From the IMG/VR virus record IMGVR_UViG_3300014109_000001, positions 1 through 33,730 of that record: a stretch of DNA of 33,730 nt, one strand, 5' to 3'. Under the pieces are notes generated by a model. It ran no database searches. It was not told the DNA's origin and was given only the letters and a program-made list of their open reading frames with translations. The position numbers and the translations under genes were made by a program. The stretch's first letter is position 1, and each line of letters begins with the position of its first letter. The DNA is from a virus. This document shows positions 26,546 through 33,698 of this stretch, one piece after another.

Positions 26546-27245
26546 TGTACTCACTCCTATCAAATGTAAATCCAGTTATGACTGTATCATCCTCATCATT
26601 GGAGCCTAACTGTGCCTTGAGATTATCAATCCTCAAGCGCTGCTCCTCTGTAACAAGTGGAGAGCGTGTGAGCTCATCATAAGTCTTAATCATGCCTCTA
26701 AGCTCAGTCTGAGCTCTTGCTATCGCTGTGATGGCTCTGCTTTGCTTATCCCATGATGTATGATGTTCATATCCTACACCACCTTTAGCCGTGCTAGTTA
26801 CAAGGCTAGTAGTGTCCTCAATGTCTTGCACATGCAAAATACGTTGAGCGTGTAATAAGGTTGCATAAGTCAAAGTGATATTTTCCCACAGTATATCTAT
26901 AGGTTGTTTATCTGAAATCTCTTGAGCTATCTCATATACCTCTTGAGGGAGATACTTAGCAAACAATCCATGTTTGACAGCGTTGGTGTTCCCTTTAGGT
27001 GCTCCATGTCCTAGAGCGTTTTTACTACCTTTGGGAGCGCCTCTTGGTTTTTTGGAGCGTTCCTTATTTTTCTTTTGGAACGTTCCTTTTATTTTAGGTT
27101 CCCATTTATCTTTACTTTTCCAACCTCGGACAGTGCCAGCTGAAACACCCAAACGCTCAGCAATCTCAATCAGTTCAATGTCGCCATTGTTCTCTGAATA
27201 GATTTCAAATGCTTTGTCTCGGTTGGGGTCTCTTGCTCTACCCAA
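26514..27245 (-). CDS. terS: Terminase small subunit
   Basis: 243 aa. TTG start with AGGAGG 7 nt upstream. N-terminal HTH: IELIEIAERLGVSAGTVRGWKSKDKW. Repeated GAPKG.KNA motifs are typical of this terS family. Confidence 0.8.
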   Translation of the reverse strand: MGRARDPNRDKAFEIYSENNGDIELIEIAERLGVSAGTVRGWKSKDKWEPKIKGTFQKKNKERSKKPRGAPKGSKNALGHGAPKGNTNAVKHGLFAKYLPQEVYEIAQEISDKQPIDILWENITLTYATLLHAQRILHVQDIEDTTSLVTSTAKGGVGYEHHTSWDKQSRAITAIARAQTELRGMIKTYDELTRSPLVTEEQRLRIDNLKAQLGSNDEDDTVITGFTFDRSEYNGNTEPSQID

Positions 27246-27275
27246 GCCTAAACCTCCTGCTGTTTATTTGTTTTG

Positions 27276-27304
27276 ATAAATAAAAAAGCCACTCAATGAG
27301 TGAC
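27276..27304 (-). terminator. Rho-independent terminator ~35 nt upstream of the terS start
   Basis: Minus-strand RNA GUCACUC-AUU-GAGUGGC followed by UUUUUUAUUUAUC. The terS RBS follows within about 20 nt. Confidence 0.65.
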
Positions 27305-27439
27305 TGTATGCGGTAAGTGGGTGCCTCCCCCACCAGAGCCTTTATATAGCGCTACTTTATCTCTGTCCTACAGGTTAATCAGCCTAAATCTAATTACCGC
27401 TCTGTACCCCTATTGTGATAGCTACTCACAGAGATACAA

Positions 27440-27517
27440 TTAGAATGACAGGAATTGAACCTGCATACGTTTCAGACCCTTTATAGTCATATCGCTCCAC
27501 CGTTGAGCTACATTCTA
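27440..27517 (-). ncRNA. tRNA-like element 1: canonical acceptor, D and T arms with an aberrant anticodon/variable region (noncanonical tRNA, mimic or decayed tRNA gene)
   Basis: The minus strand reads TAGAATG-TA-GCTC-AACGGTG-GAGC-G-[28 nt]-GCAGG-TTCAATT-CCTGT-CATTCTA-A. The acceptor stem is 7 bp. The 28-nt middle segment cannot form a 5-bp stem with a 7-nt loop. Confidence 0.4.
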
Positions 27518-27586
27518 ACTGCAAGGCGACTACTACCCTGCAAACTGATAGATACTACATTTGTTTTTTATTTTGTGTAGTCATTA

Positions 27587-27665
27587 AGATAGTGTCTGGA
27601 ATTGAACCAGAGGTAAACCGTAGGAGCAACATTTTTAGAGGTTCACCGTAACCTTTACCACTACC
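27587..27665 (-). ncRNA. tRNA-like element 2: acceptor-like stem, D-like hairpin and canonical T arm, with no canonical anticodon arm
   Basis: The minus strand reads GGTAGTG-GTAA-AGGTT-ACGGTG-AACCT-...-TCTGG-TTCAATT-CCAGA-CACTATC-T. It has the same 78-nt length, D-loop core ACGGTG and T loop as element 1. Confidence 0.3.
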
Positions 27666-27732
27666 ATAAGAGGCCGTAGCCTCTCAAAACATAAGGAGAT
27701 AATATCAAACCTTTTCAGCATTTGACACTATC

Positions 27733-27761
27733 ATTTTATCAGATTTTAAAAACCGTGCTAA
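27733..27761 (-). promoter_or_regulatory. Promoter-like site: -35 TTAGCA, 17-nt spacer, extended -10 TGaTAAAAT
   Basis: Read on the minus strand, 16 nt downstream of the ArpU-like gene stop. The predicted start falls within GATAGTG (27726-27732). Confidence 0.45.
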
Positions 27762-27776
27762 CAATTTTTAGCCTTA

Positions 27777-28199
27777 TTAGTCCGATTTAGTCCGATTTAG
27801 TAAATCATTTAACTCACTAATAGCCAAGCCTCTCCATGTATAGAATGTAGTCCTACTGATTTCCATTTTGTCACAGATGTCATCTACATACATCTTATTG
27901 ATGTATGTCATCCTTAATACTGTCCTAAATTTTGGATTTGATAGCTTATTGATTAGCCTGCTCAGTTCTAGCTTTCTATCTATGATTTCTTTAATGTCAC
28001 GCTCTATCTCTTGTTTCATAGTAATAAGTTGAGCATACACATCATCAATCTTTCTAACTTGGCCACTTTGGACTTTTACATCAGTCCACTTAGGGCTTGA
28101 GAGTAGGCCAGCCTCAAGCTCATTGATTTCATCTATACGGCTTTGGATGTCCATGTCCAAGCTCTGTAACTCTGTCAAGAGTTCTTTAGCTCTGCTCAC
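27777..28199 (-). CDS. ArpU/RinA-type late transcriptional activator (DUF1492; sigma-70 region-4-like C-terminus)
   Basis: 140 aa. GTG start after AAGGAG. The C-terminal FRTVLRMTYINKMYVDDICDKMEISRTTFYTWRGLAISEL is a region-4-type HTH. It is the last gene before the packaging module. Confidence 0.7.
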   Translation of the reverse strand: MSRAKELLTELQSLDMDIQSRIDEINELEAGLLSSPKWTDVKVQSGQVRKIDDVYAQLITMKQEIERDIKEIIDRKLELSRLINKLSNPKFRTVLRMTYINKMYVDDICDKMEISRTTFYTWRGLAISELNDLLNRTKSD

Positions 28200-28213
28200 T
28201 CTCTACCTCTCCT

Positions 28214-28480
28214 TTAGTTATTCCTATTTAATAGTTTCATGGTCTCCTCATATTTCAGATTGACCTTTATTATTTCTTCGTCATAGCCAAGACCAAAAAC
28301 TTTTGGAAGTCTGAAATAAATGATAGTTGAATTATCATGATTTTTGACAACTGAAAAAATGTGTTTGAGCCATTCTTTTCTGATTGCTATATTTGGAAAG
28401 ACCATCAGCTCTTGCTTATCTTCTTTAGTTGTTTCTTTTGCTTTTTTAGCCCCTGAATACGGATATTTTTTAGGTCTCAT
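28214..28480 (-). CDS. Hypothetical protein (88 aa from the ATG at 28480)
   Basis: The ATG overlaps the upstream stop (ATGA) and is preceded by GGAGG at 7 nt. The ORF-track start at 28513 is probably an over-extension. Confidence 0.55.
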   Translation of the reverse strand: MRPKKYPYSGAKKAKETTKEDKQELMVFPNIAIRKEWLKHIFSVVKNHDNSTIIYFRLPKVFGLGYDEEIIKVNLKYEETMKLLNRNN

Positions 28481-28638
28481 TTTCCTGCCTCCTCTGCCAT
28501 ACACTGCAACCATACTAGGCTCTCATATAAATCCCTTGCATGTCTCTTGATATTTCCTAGCTCATAGCTGGCTAAATTATCTGAGTTTGTTATAATCTCA
28601 ATTTTTAAATTATTGATAGCTAAAATAAAGTCTTTCAT
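28477..28638 (-). CDS. Hypothetical small protein (53 aa, not in the ORF track)
   Basis: The ATG at 28638 overlaps the upstream stop (ATGA), with the RBS GAGGAG 8 nt upstream. Translation: MKDFILAINNLKIEIITNSDNLASYELGNIKRHARDLYESLVWLQCMAEEAGK. Confidence 0.5.
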   Translation of the reverse strand: MKDFILAINNLKIEIITNSDNLASYELGNIKRHARDLYESLVWLQCMAEEAGK

Positions 28639-29144
28639 TCTATAATCTCCTCAATCTCAATACCTGGGCAATCAAACACCCATCCAAAGTCAGCTTCTTC
28701 TAGTTCGGTGCGGGTGTGAGAGATTTTTGTTTCTTTGGAACATTGTTCTACTCCAAAATACCAATTTTCTACAACCCTATCATATTTTAGGTATCTTGTT
28801 TCTTTGCGAATGTTTTTAAATATAATTGTATACCGCTTCTCTTTCTCGACCTCGTAGCCGTCAAGCCAAGCACGGGCGAAAAGTTCCATGTTGTCGTCTT
28901 CTCTAAACCAATAATCCAGTTTTTTTTGGTTTGAAGAAATGGCTTCCATTGCGCCGAATAAATGGAAATCATCATTTTTACACTCCTCAATCCAATTCGC
29001 AACAAACTGCGGAACTTTGACTTTTTCTGGTTCGTCTAATTCTCTGACTAGACCTAAAACTAAATGCTTGTCAATCTTTGGCCTGATAAAACCAGTATTA
29101 TTCGGCATAGCTTCGATTTTTTCAATCAATTCTTTTTTATTCAT
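28635..29144 (-). CDS. DUF1642-like phage protein
   Basis: 169 aa. The motifs VKVPQFVANWIEECK and FARAWLDGYEVEKEKRY match the pattern I recall for streptococcal-phage DUF1642 proteins. Confidence 0.55.
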   Translation of the reverse strand: MNKKELIEKIEAMPNNTGFIRPKIDKHLVLGLVRELDEPEKVKVPQFVANWIEECKNDDFHLFGAMEAISSNQKKLDYWFREDDNMELFARAWLDGYEVEKEKRYTIIFKNIRKETRYLKYDRVVENWYFGVEQCSKETKISHTRTELEEADFGWVFDCPGIEIEEIIE

Positions 29145-29156
29145 TCCTCTACCTCC

Positions 29157-29390
29157 TTACTCCTCTCCTATCAAGACATTTAGTGGGATACCAAAGAAAC
29201 TAGCAACATCCTGTACTTTGTATAAATTAGGATTTTTTATCTTACGCTCCCAACATGATATACTTGACTCTGAATAACCTAATTTATATGCAAACTCACT
29301 AATCGTCAAACCTATTTCTAATCGTTTTTGTCTCAGCATAAAAGCAAAACGCTCACGTTGTTTTTGTGTCAACCGTTTTTTATAGTCCAT
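29157..29390 (-). CDS. XRE-family HTH transcriptional regulator
   Basis: 77 aa. HTH motif: LTISEFAYKLGYSESSISCWERKIKNPN. Confidence 0.75.
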   Translation of the reverse strand: MDYKKRLTQKQRERFAFMLRQKRLEIGLTISEFAYKLGYSESSISCWERKIKNPNLYKVQDVASFFGIPLNVLIGEE

Positions 29391-29400
29391 TTTTGCTCCT

Positions 29401-29697
29401 TTATTTCAAATATATAGGCATGTCATCACCTACTCTGATACTCTCATATTGTTCCTTTGTCACTAAAAATTTTCCATAAGAGGGCACCGTGACAGTGTAG
29501 CGCCCCTCTATGATTTCCTTATCACTGATTTTCCCATGTATTCCTGAACCAGCATTGTCAACCTTATAGATGATTATAGGTTGTTTGCTAGTTTCAGGTT
29601 GTTTTTTGAGTGGTTCTATATTACCCAAAATAAGCCCAGCCAAGAAAAATACAATACATATAATGGGGTGATCTATATTATCTGTTAGCCATTCCAT
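29401..29697 (-). CDS. Small membrane-anchored protein (possibly DUF1372-like)
   Basis: 98 aa. N-terminal TM segment PIICIVFFLAGLILG followed by a beta-rich domain. It overlaps the rusA end by 13 nt. Confidence 0.5.
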   Translation of the reverse strand: MEWLTDNIDHPIICIVFFLAGLILGNIEPLKKQPETSKQPIIIYKVDNAGSGIHGKISDKEIIEGRYTVTVPSYGKFLVTKEQYESIRVGDDMPIYLK

Positions 29698-30104
29698 TTC
29701 ATTTCCTCAATTTCTATCTCTATCCTAGGATTTAGGCTATAAAATTTGCCTACATCATGCAAAGCTATCTGTCCATCATCTTTAAAGACAATACCTGACA
29801 TGCTGTCATATAGAGCCTTTTCATAGTTATCTATGTCAGGCTTTTTGTCTACTGGTATGACCTCATCAATGAGCGCTTGATGATATTTCTTGACCTTAGA
29901 GAGGTACTGAGGAGGCTTGATATAAAATCTAAGCCGTTCCCTCAAAGCTCCCTCAAGGATAGATTGACCTATGTACTGATTAGCAATGAGTAGCTGGCAA
30001 CTATTGCGCCATGCTTTCATTTTAGGGTCATCATAAGCCCTCCCAAATCGTGTAAACCGTGGCCTTGATTGTGGTTTAGGCTCAATGTTTAGAGTTAATT
30101 TCAT
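29685..30104 (-). CDS. rusA: RusA-family Holliday junction resolvase
   Basis: 139 aa. Motifs: PKPQSRPRF, KPDIDNYEKALYDSMSGIVFKDDGQI. Confidence 0.8.
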   Translation of the reverse strand: MKLTLNIEPKPQSRPRFTRFGRAYDDPKMKAWRNSCQLLIANQYIGQSILEGALRERLRFYIKPPQYLSKVKKYHQALIDEVIPVDKKPDIDNYEKALYDSMSGIVFKDDGQIALHDVGKFYSLNPRIEIEIEEMKWNG

Positions 30105-30114
30105 TTAGCAGCTC

Positions 30115-30543
30115 CTAAAATGGCAAATCATCATCAGAGACACTAAATGGGTCAGGTTGACTGAATGGGTTACTATTCCCTGTGTAGTTGTTGCTAGGTT
30201 GAGCTGGAGCTTGTTCTTGTTGTTTGTTGCGACTCTCTAACAGAGCGATACTATCAGCCACTACCTCAGTCACATATCTACGTTGGCCATCTTTTTCATA
30301 AGACCTAACCTGTAAGCGACCTGTGAGGCCAATAAGTGAGCCCTTGCTACAATACTGAGCAATGATGTCAGCTGTGCCTTTCCACGCTTGAAATTGGATA
30401 AAATCAGCCTCACGGTCTCCATTTTCATTCTTGAAATTGCGATTGACTGCAAGTGTACCCTGTAATACTGATACATTATTAGGCGTTTTCTTTAACTCAG
30501 GAGGCGCTACAAGCCTCCCAATCAAAGTAACATTGTTAATCAT
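30115..30543 (-). CDS. ssb: Single-stranded DNA-binding protein
   Basis: 142 aa. OB-fold N-terminus: MINNVTLIGRLVAPPELKKT. Gln/Pro-rich linker and acidic tail DDDLPF. Confidence 0.92.
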   Translation of the reverse strand: MINNVTLIGRLVAPPELKKTPNNVSVLQGTLAVNRNFKNENGDREADFIQFQAWKGTADIIAQYCSKGSLIGLTGRLQVRSYEKDGQRRYVTEVVADSIALLESRNKQQEQAPAQPSNNYTGNSNPFSQPDPFSVSDDDLPF

Positions 30544-30871
30544 TTACTTTCCTCCCTGGTTTTTTTGACCAATCAAGCAGGTCATCCTCATTATCTTTAA
30601 TATACTCATCAAAGTCCTCAAATTGACGGATAGCCCATTTTAAGCGTTGGGTATCTTCTCCACGTCGTGAGCAGTACCCACTCACTTTAAAAATTGGAGT
30701 AATATCACTCACAATACGAGGGCTCAGGTCATCAATATTTATAGTTTTGTAATTTTTAATTTCAAAATCTAAGATAAACTCATCCCCTAGGTTGTGGATA
30801 ACCTGCAATCTCTTGCCGTCTGAGTAGATAGCTATGCTATCAGTTACTTTTCTAATTTCCATATTTACCAC
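30536..30871 (-). CDS. Hypothetical protein
   Basis: 111-aa ORF with overlapping start and stop codons, between the DUF1351-like gene and ssb. Confidence 0.55.
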   Translation of the reverse strand: MVNMEIRKVTDSIAIYSDGKRLQVIHNLGDEFILDFEIKNYKTINIDDLSPRIVSDITPIFKVSGYCSRRGEDTQRLKWAIRQFEDFDEYIKDNEDDLLDWSKKPGRKVND

Positions 30872-31863
30872 CCGTTCTGCTCATTGAGTTCATCCTGTGT
30901 TAAAGGTTCGATACGTTGATAACCACTAACCTTGTAATTATGCTTGACTGTGTACCCAGCCTGCTCAAGCGTAGATTTAAAATGGTCTTTATCAGCTGTG
31001 TCTACAAGATATACCTCAACTGTCATTTTTTGGGTATATCGTTTTAAGCCATTTTCAGCCCCTCTGAGAGCGTTTGGTTTGTTTTGGGATAATTCCTCAC
31101 CGTCTAAGATTTCGCCTGTCTCTGGGTCAAATTTTGGGGTCTCTGTTGATTTTGGCTGACTAGCTTGCTCAAGTTCTTGTCTTGCACGTTCAAGCTCTTG
31201 TTTTTCTCTCTGAAAAGCATAATCAGCCTTAATTTGTTCAAAAACCTCAGCAAGGGTCAAGTCTCGTAACATACGGATATAAGGAGAGTCAGTCATCCTA
31301 TACTCAGCACAGAGGCCTGAGATAGCTGATTTAGATTTCTCAAGCTCTTGCTGTTTCTGAAATTCAAATGTGACCATATCATCAAGGCTTTTCATGGTTG
31401 CTTTTTTAAGGGTCATCCCATCAGCCATAAAATCACTAGCTTTGATGTATTCTGTAGCTTTCTCATCAAAGACTCTAGGGTCTAGCATGTACTCAGCTGA
31501 CTTGTTTGAGATGTAAGCCTTGACTGTGTCTAGTCTGACCATTTTTTGATGATTTTCAAATTCTTTGACATCTACATCAATCTTTTCAATGATTTCTTTT
31601 AATGGCTGGATAGCTTGCTTGATGTATTTATCAAACTCATCAGCAGGCTCAGATAGTAATTTCTTATTTCGGATACGTTCATCAGAGACTTGCTTGTCTA
31701 GTTTGCGTAAATTAGCAAGTACTTGCTTATCATCCTTAATAGTTGAGGCCGTGACCGTGTAATTTTGATATTTAGTCACTACCTCATTGATATTTTGCTC
31801 AAATTTCTCACGGTCAATGATTTCAACCTGAGCCTGTGTGATTTTAACTTGTAATTCTTGCAT
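30865..31863 (-). CDS. DUF1351-like protein (RecT-associated)
   Basis: 332 aa, coiled-coil rich, immediately downstream of recT as in many Firmicutes phages. Confidence 0.55.
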   Translation of the reverse strand: MQELQVKITQAQVEIIDREKFEQNINEVVTKYQNYTVTASTIKDDKQVLANLRKLDKQVSDERIRNKKLLSEPADEFDKYIKQAIQPLKEIIEKIDVDVKEFENHQKMVRLDTVKAYISNKSAEYMLDPRVFDEKATEYIKASDFMADGMTLKKATMKSLDDMVTFEFQKQQELEKSKSAISGLCAEYRMTDSPYIRMLRDLTLAEVFEQIKADYAFQREKQELERARQELEQASQPKSTETPKFDPETGEILDGEELSQNKPNALRGAENGLKRYTQKMTVEVYLVDTADKDHFKSTLEQAGYTVKHNYKVSGYQRIEPLTQDELNEQNGW

Positions 31864-31880
31864 GTTGTTCCTCCTTTTAT

Positions 31881-32651
31881 CTAAAATTCAAGTTCGTTGT
31901 CATCTAGTAACTCGCCCTGGATTGGTTCATGAGGTGCCTCAGTCTCCATCTCAGGCGCTACATAGCTTGTTTCTTGCTCTCTGTTGAATTGCTCAATCTG
32001 AGCCATTTTGCGTGCCACTACATCCTCACGGCTCTCTTGAGGTACTTGAGGGGTAATGTCTTTGATACGGTCAAATGTTTCCCCTCCGTCATCCTCTGTG
32101 TACATATTTCCTAAATCCTCAGGGAAAGCCTCTCTAAGAGCATTTACTAGAGCTGTCTTTCTAATCATAGTAGCTGGCATGCTGTTCCATGTGCTTTTTT
32201 TCTTGTCATATTCCTCACGGCTGACAAAGATTTCCACAGGTACCTTGAAATTTTTGCGATATACTCTAGCCCATCCACCGACAAGAGTATCACCAGGTAG
32301 CATGATTGCTCCTTTTCGTTCGTGCATGATACCCTCATCATCTACAGTGACCACTCCAGCCTCAAATCCCTCATAATTTGGATTTTGTGCTGCACGCTTT
32401 AAAAAGGCCTCTTTTGATACAATGAGACTAAATTCAGTCCCCCCTGTTTTTGTTTTGTATGCTACAATATAGACCTCATTGGCTAATGGGTTTAAATTGC
32501 GCCCTTTGATAAGAGACAAGGCTTGTCCTACTTGTTTTTCTGTCAATAGGTTTTGTGGGTCAAAGTAGCGTTTGATGTCTTGAAAAGTCCAAGCGCTAGT
32601 GTCTACTGAGATGTCACGCTTTGTTTGTGTTGTCATTTGATTATTTGTCAT
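31881..32651 (-). CDS. recT: RecT-family single-strand annealing recombinase
   Basis: 256 aa. Motifs: GRNLNPLANEVYIVAYK and MIRKTALVNALREAFPEDLGNMYTEDD. Confidence 0.85.
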   Translation of the reverse strand: MTNNQMTTQTKRDISVDTSAWTFQDIKRYFDPQNLLTEKQVGQALSLIKGRNLNPLANEVYIVAYKTKTGGTEFSLIVSKEAFLKRAAQNPNYEGFEAGVVTVDDEGIMHERKGAIMLPGDTLVGGWARVYRKNFKVPVEIFVSREEYDKKKSTWNSMPATMIRKTALVNALREAFPEDLGNMYTEDDGGETFDRIKDITPQVPQESREDVVARKMAQIEQFNREQETSYVAPEMETEAPHEPIQGELLDDNELEF

Positions 32652-32827
32652 CTTCTCTTACCTCTATTATGTTTTAAATTCCAATTTTCACGCTCTAAGC
32701 GCTTATTTTTATTAACAAGGGCTACTATTTTATCTTGTTGCTCATCAATAATAGCGCCTAGCTCGTAGCAAGTCCTAAGGTGTCTTTCTCTCCAATAGGC
32801 ATTGTCCTCATAGTGCTCTCTATCCAT
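32648..32827 (-). CDS. Hypothetical small protein (59 aa, not in the ORF track)
   Basis: The ATG at 32827 is preceded by AGGAGA. The stop overlaps the recT ATG (ATGA). Translation: MDREHYEDNAYWRERHLRTCYELGAIIDEQQDKIVALVNKNKRLERENWNLKHNRGKRR. Confidence 0.5.
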   Translation of the reverse strand: MDREHYEDNAYWRERHLRTCYELGAIIDEQQDKIVALVNKNKRLERENWNLKHNRGKRR

Positions 32828-32830
32828 AGG

Positions 32831-32962
32831 CTAACAATCTCCTACATAAATCCACTGACCAGCACTGAATACATAATCAGCAGGGTCAAGCTCATCCTGA
32901 GGCTCTGTAGGTTGTAAGTAGTCCCTGTCATAGTCAAAAGTCCCGAAAAGCCCTCTGTCCAT
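32831..32962 (-). CDS. Hypothetical small protein (43-44 aa, not in the ORF track)
   Basis: ATGATG at 32965-32960 overlaps the upstream stop, with GGAGG 3-6 nt upstream. Translation: (M)MDRGLFGTFDYDRDYLQPTEPQDELDPADYVFSAGQWIYVGDC. Confidence 0.45.
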   Translation of the reverse strand: MDRGLFGTFDYDRDYLQPTEPQDELDPADYVFSAGQWIYVGDC

Positions 32963-33267
32963 CATTTGCCTCCATTGTTATAAATATCCTGAAAGACATT
33001 GATTAGTTTTTCCTGCTCGTAGATGATTTCAGAGCAGCTTTTAAGACCTTGAGCAAGTTTAATATTTTCAGTAGATAGCTCATTTAGTAAGTCGTTTTTC
33101 TGTCTGATTTCCTCTTTACATTTTCTAAGTTCGATTTGTAGAGTTCTTAAATCAATTAGATTGCTGTTTTCTTGCTTTAATTCCTGGATTGGCTCATCTG
33201 CCAAGATTTCATCTAGTCCAAAATAGTCTTTTAATTTATTCCACATTTTCTTACTCCTCATCATCAC
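32962..33267 (-). CDS. Hypothetical coiled-coil protein
   Basis: 101-aa ORF in the early operon. Confidence 0.55.
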   Translation of the reverse strand: MMMRSKKMWNKLKDYFGLDEILADEPIQELKQENSNLIDLRTLQIELRKCKEEIRQKNDLLNELSTENIKLAQGLKSCSEIIYEQEKLINVFQDIYNNGGK

Positions 33268-33499
33268 TTTCTGTCAAATTCTTCTCAATAGCCTCTTGTG
33301 GACTCATTCCATCCAATACATCCTTGATGACATGTGAGACATCATAGATAGCTTTTAGTGGGAGTTCTAATTCATCATCTATTCCTAAGGCATTCACAGT
33401 AAGCAAGCCAAACATGGACAATTTATGTAAATCTTTTTGCAGCTGTTCGATACGTTCAATCTTTTCCTGTTGTTGTTTGATGAGTTTTTTACCAGTCAT
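33251..33499 (-). CDS. Hypothetical early protein
   Basis: 82-aa ORF, the first gene downstream of the repeat region on the minus strand. Confidence 0.55.
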   Translation of the reverse strand: MTGKKLIKQQQEKIERIEQLQKDLHKLSMFGLLTVNALGIDDELELPLKAIYDVSHVIKDVLDGMSPQEAIEKNLTESDDEE

Positions 33500-33527
33500 G
33501 ATTTTATACTCTCTTTCTTTTATTTAT

Positions 33528-33630
33528 TAGTAGTAGTAGTTTGTTGTAAGTTAGTATTTATTACTAAGTTAGTGCCGTAAGGCTTAGATTATTGTATAGT
33601 TAGTACTTGTTATATAGTTAGTACTTATTA
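33528..33630. repeat. Origin-flanking repeats: (TAG)4, four GTTAGT(A/G) motifs and an 18-bp tandem duplication TATAGTTAGTACTT(G/A)TTA
   Basis: Read directly. (TAG)4 is at 33528-33539. GTTAGTR occurs at 33550, 33568, 33599 and 33617. The 18-mers are at 33595-33612 and 33613-33630, matching 17 of 18 positions. Confidence 0.85.
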
Positions 33631-33633
33631 GAC

Positions 33634-33698
33634 GGCAATTTTTAACATGGCAATTTTTAACATGGCAGTTTTTAACATGGCAATTTTTAACATGGCAA
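33634..33698. repeat. Iteron array: 4.3 head-to-tail copies of the 15-bp unit GGCA(A/G)TTTTTAACAT (putative ori); it continues as 1-45 at the window start
   Basis: Read directly. Copies lie at 33634, 33649, 33664 (G variant) and 33679, plus a partial GGCAA at 33694. There are no spacers between copies. Confidence 0.9.

Noticed and set aside
27440-27665. Calling the two T-arm-containing elements ordinary tRNA genes with an assigned anticodon
   Set aside because: I could not fold a canonical anticodon stem-loop in either element, in any register. The candidate loop CTATAAA in element 1 is flanked by only 2 pairable positions. No isotype can therefore be assigned, and I report them as tRNA-like ncRNA candidates.
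28214-28513. The ORF-track extended starts for several genes (28513, 1673, 624, 26563)
   Set aside because: Each extension lacks an RBS or overlaps a promoter or the upstream gene. In each case an internal ATG with a GGAGG-type RBS or ATGA coupling is the better start.
33634-33698. The iteron array could be read as a mini-ORF, (MLKIA)n, because the 15-bp unit is in frame and contains an ATG on the minus strand. It could also be mistaken for a CRISPR-like array.
   Set aside because: The 19-codon repeat peptide has no RBS and is simply a consequence of the repeat length. The repeats are contiguous with no spacers, so this is not a CRISPR array.
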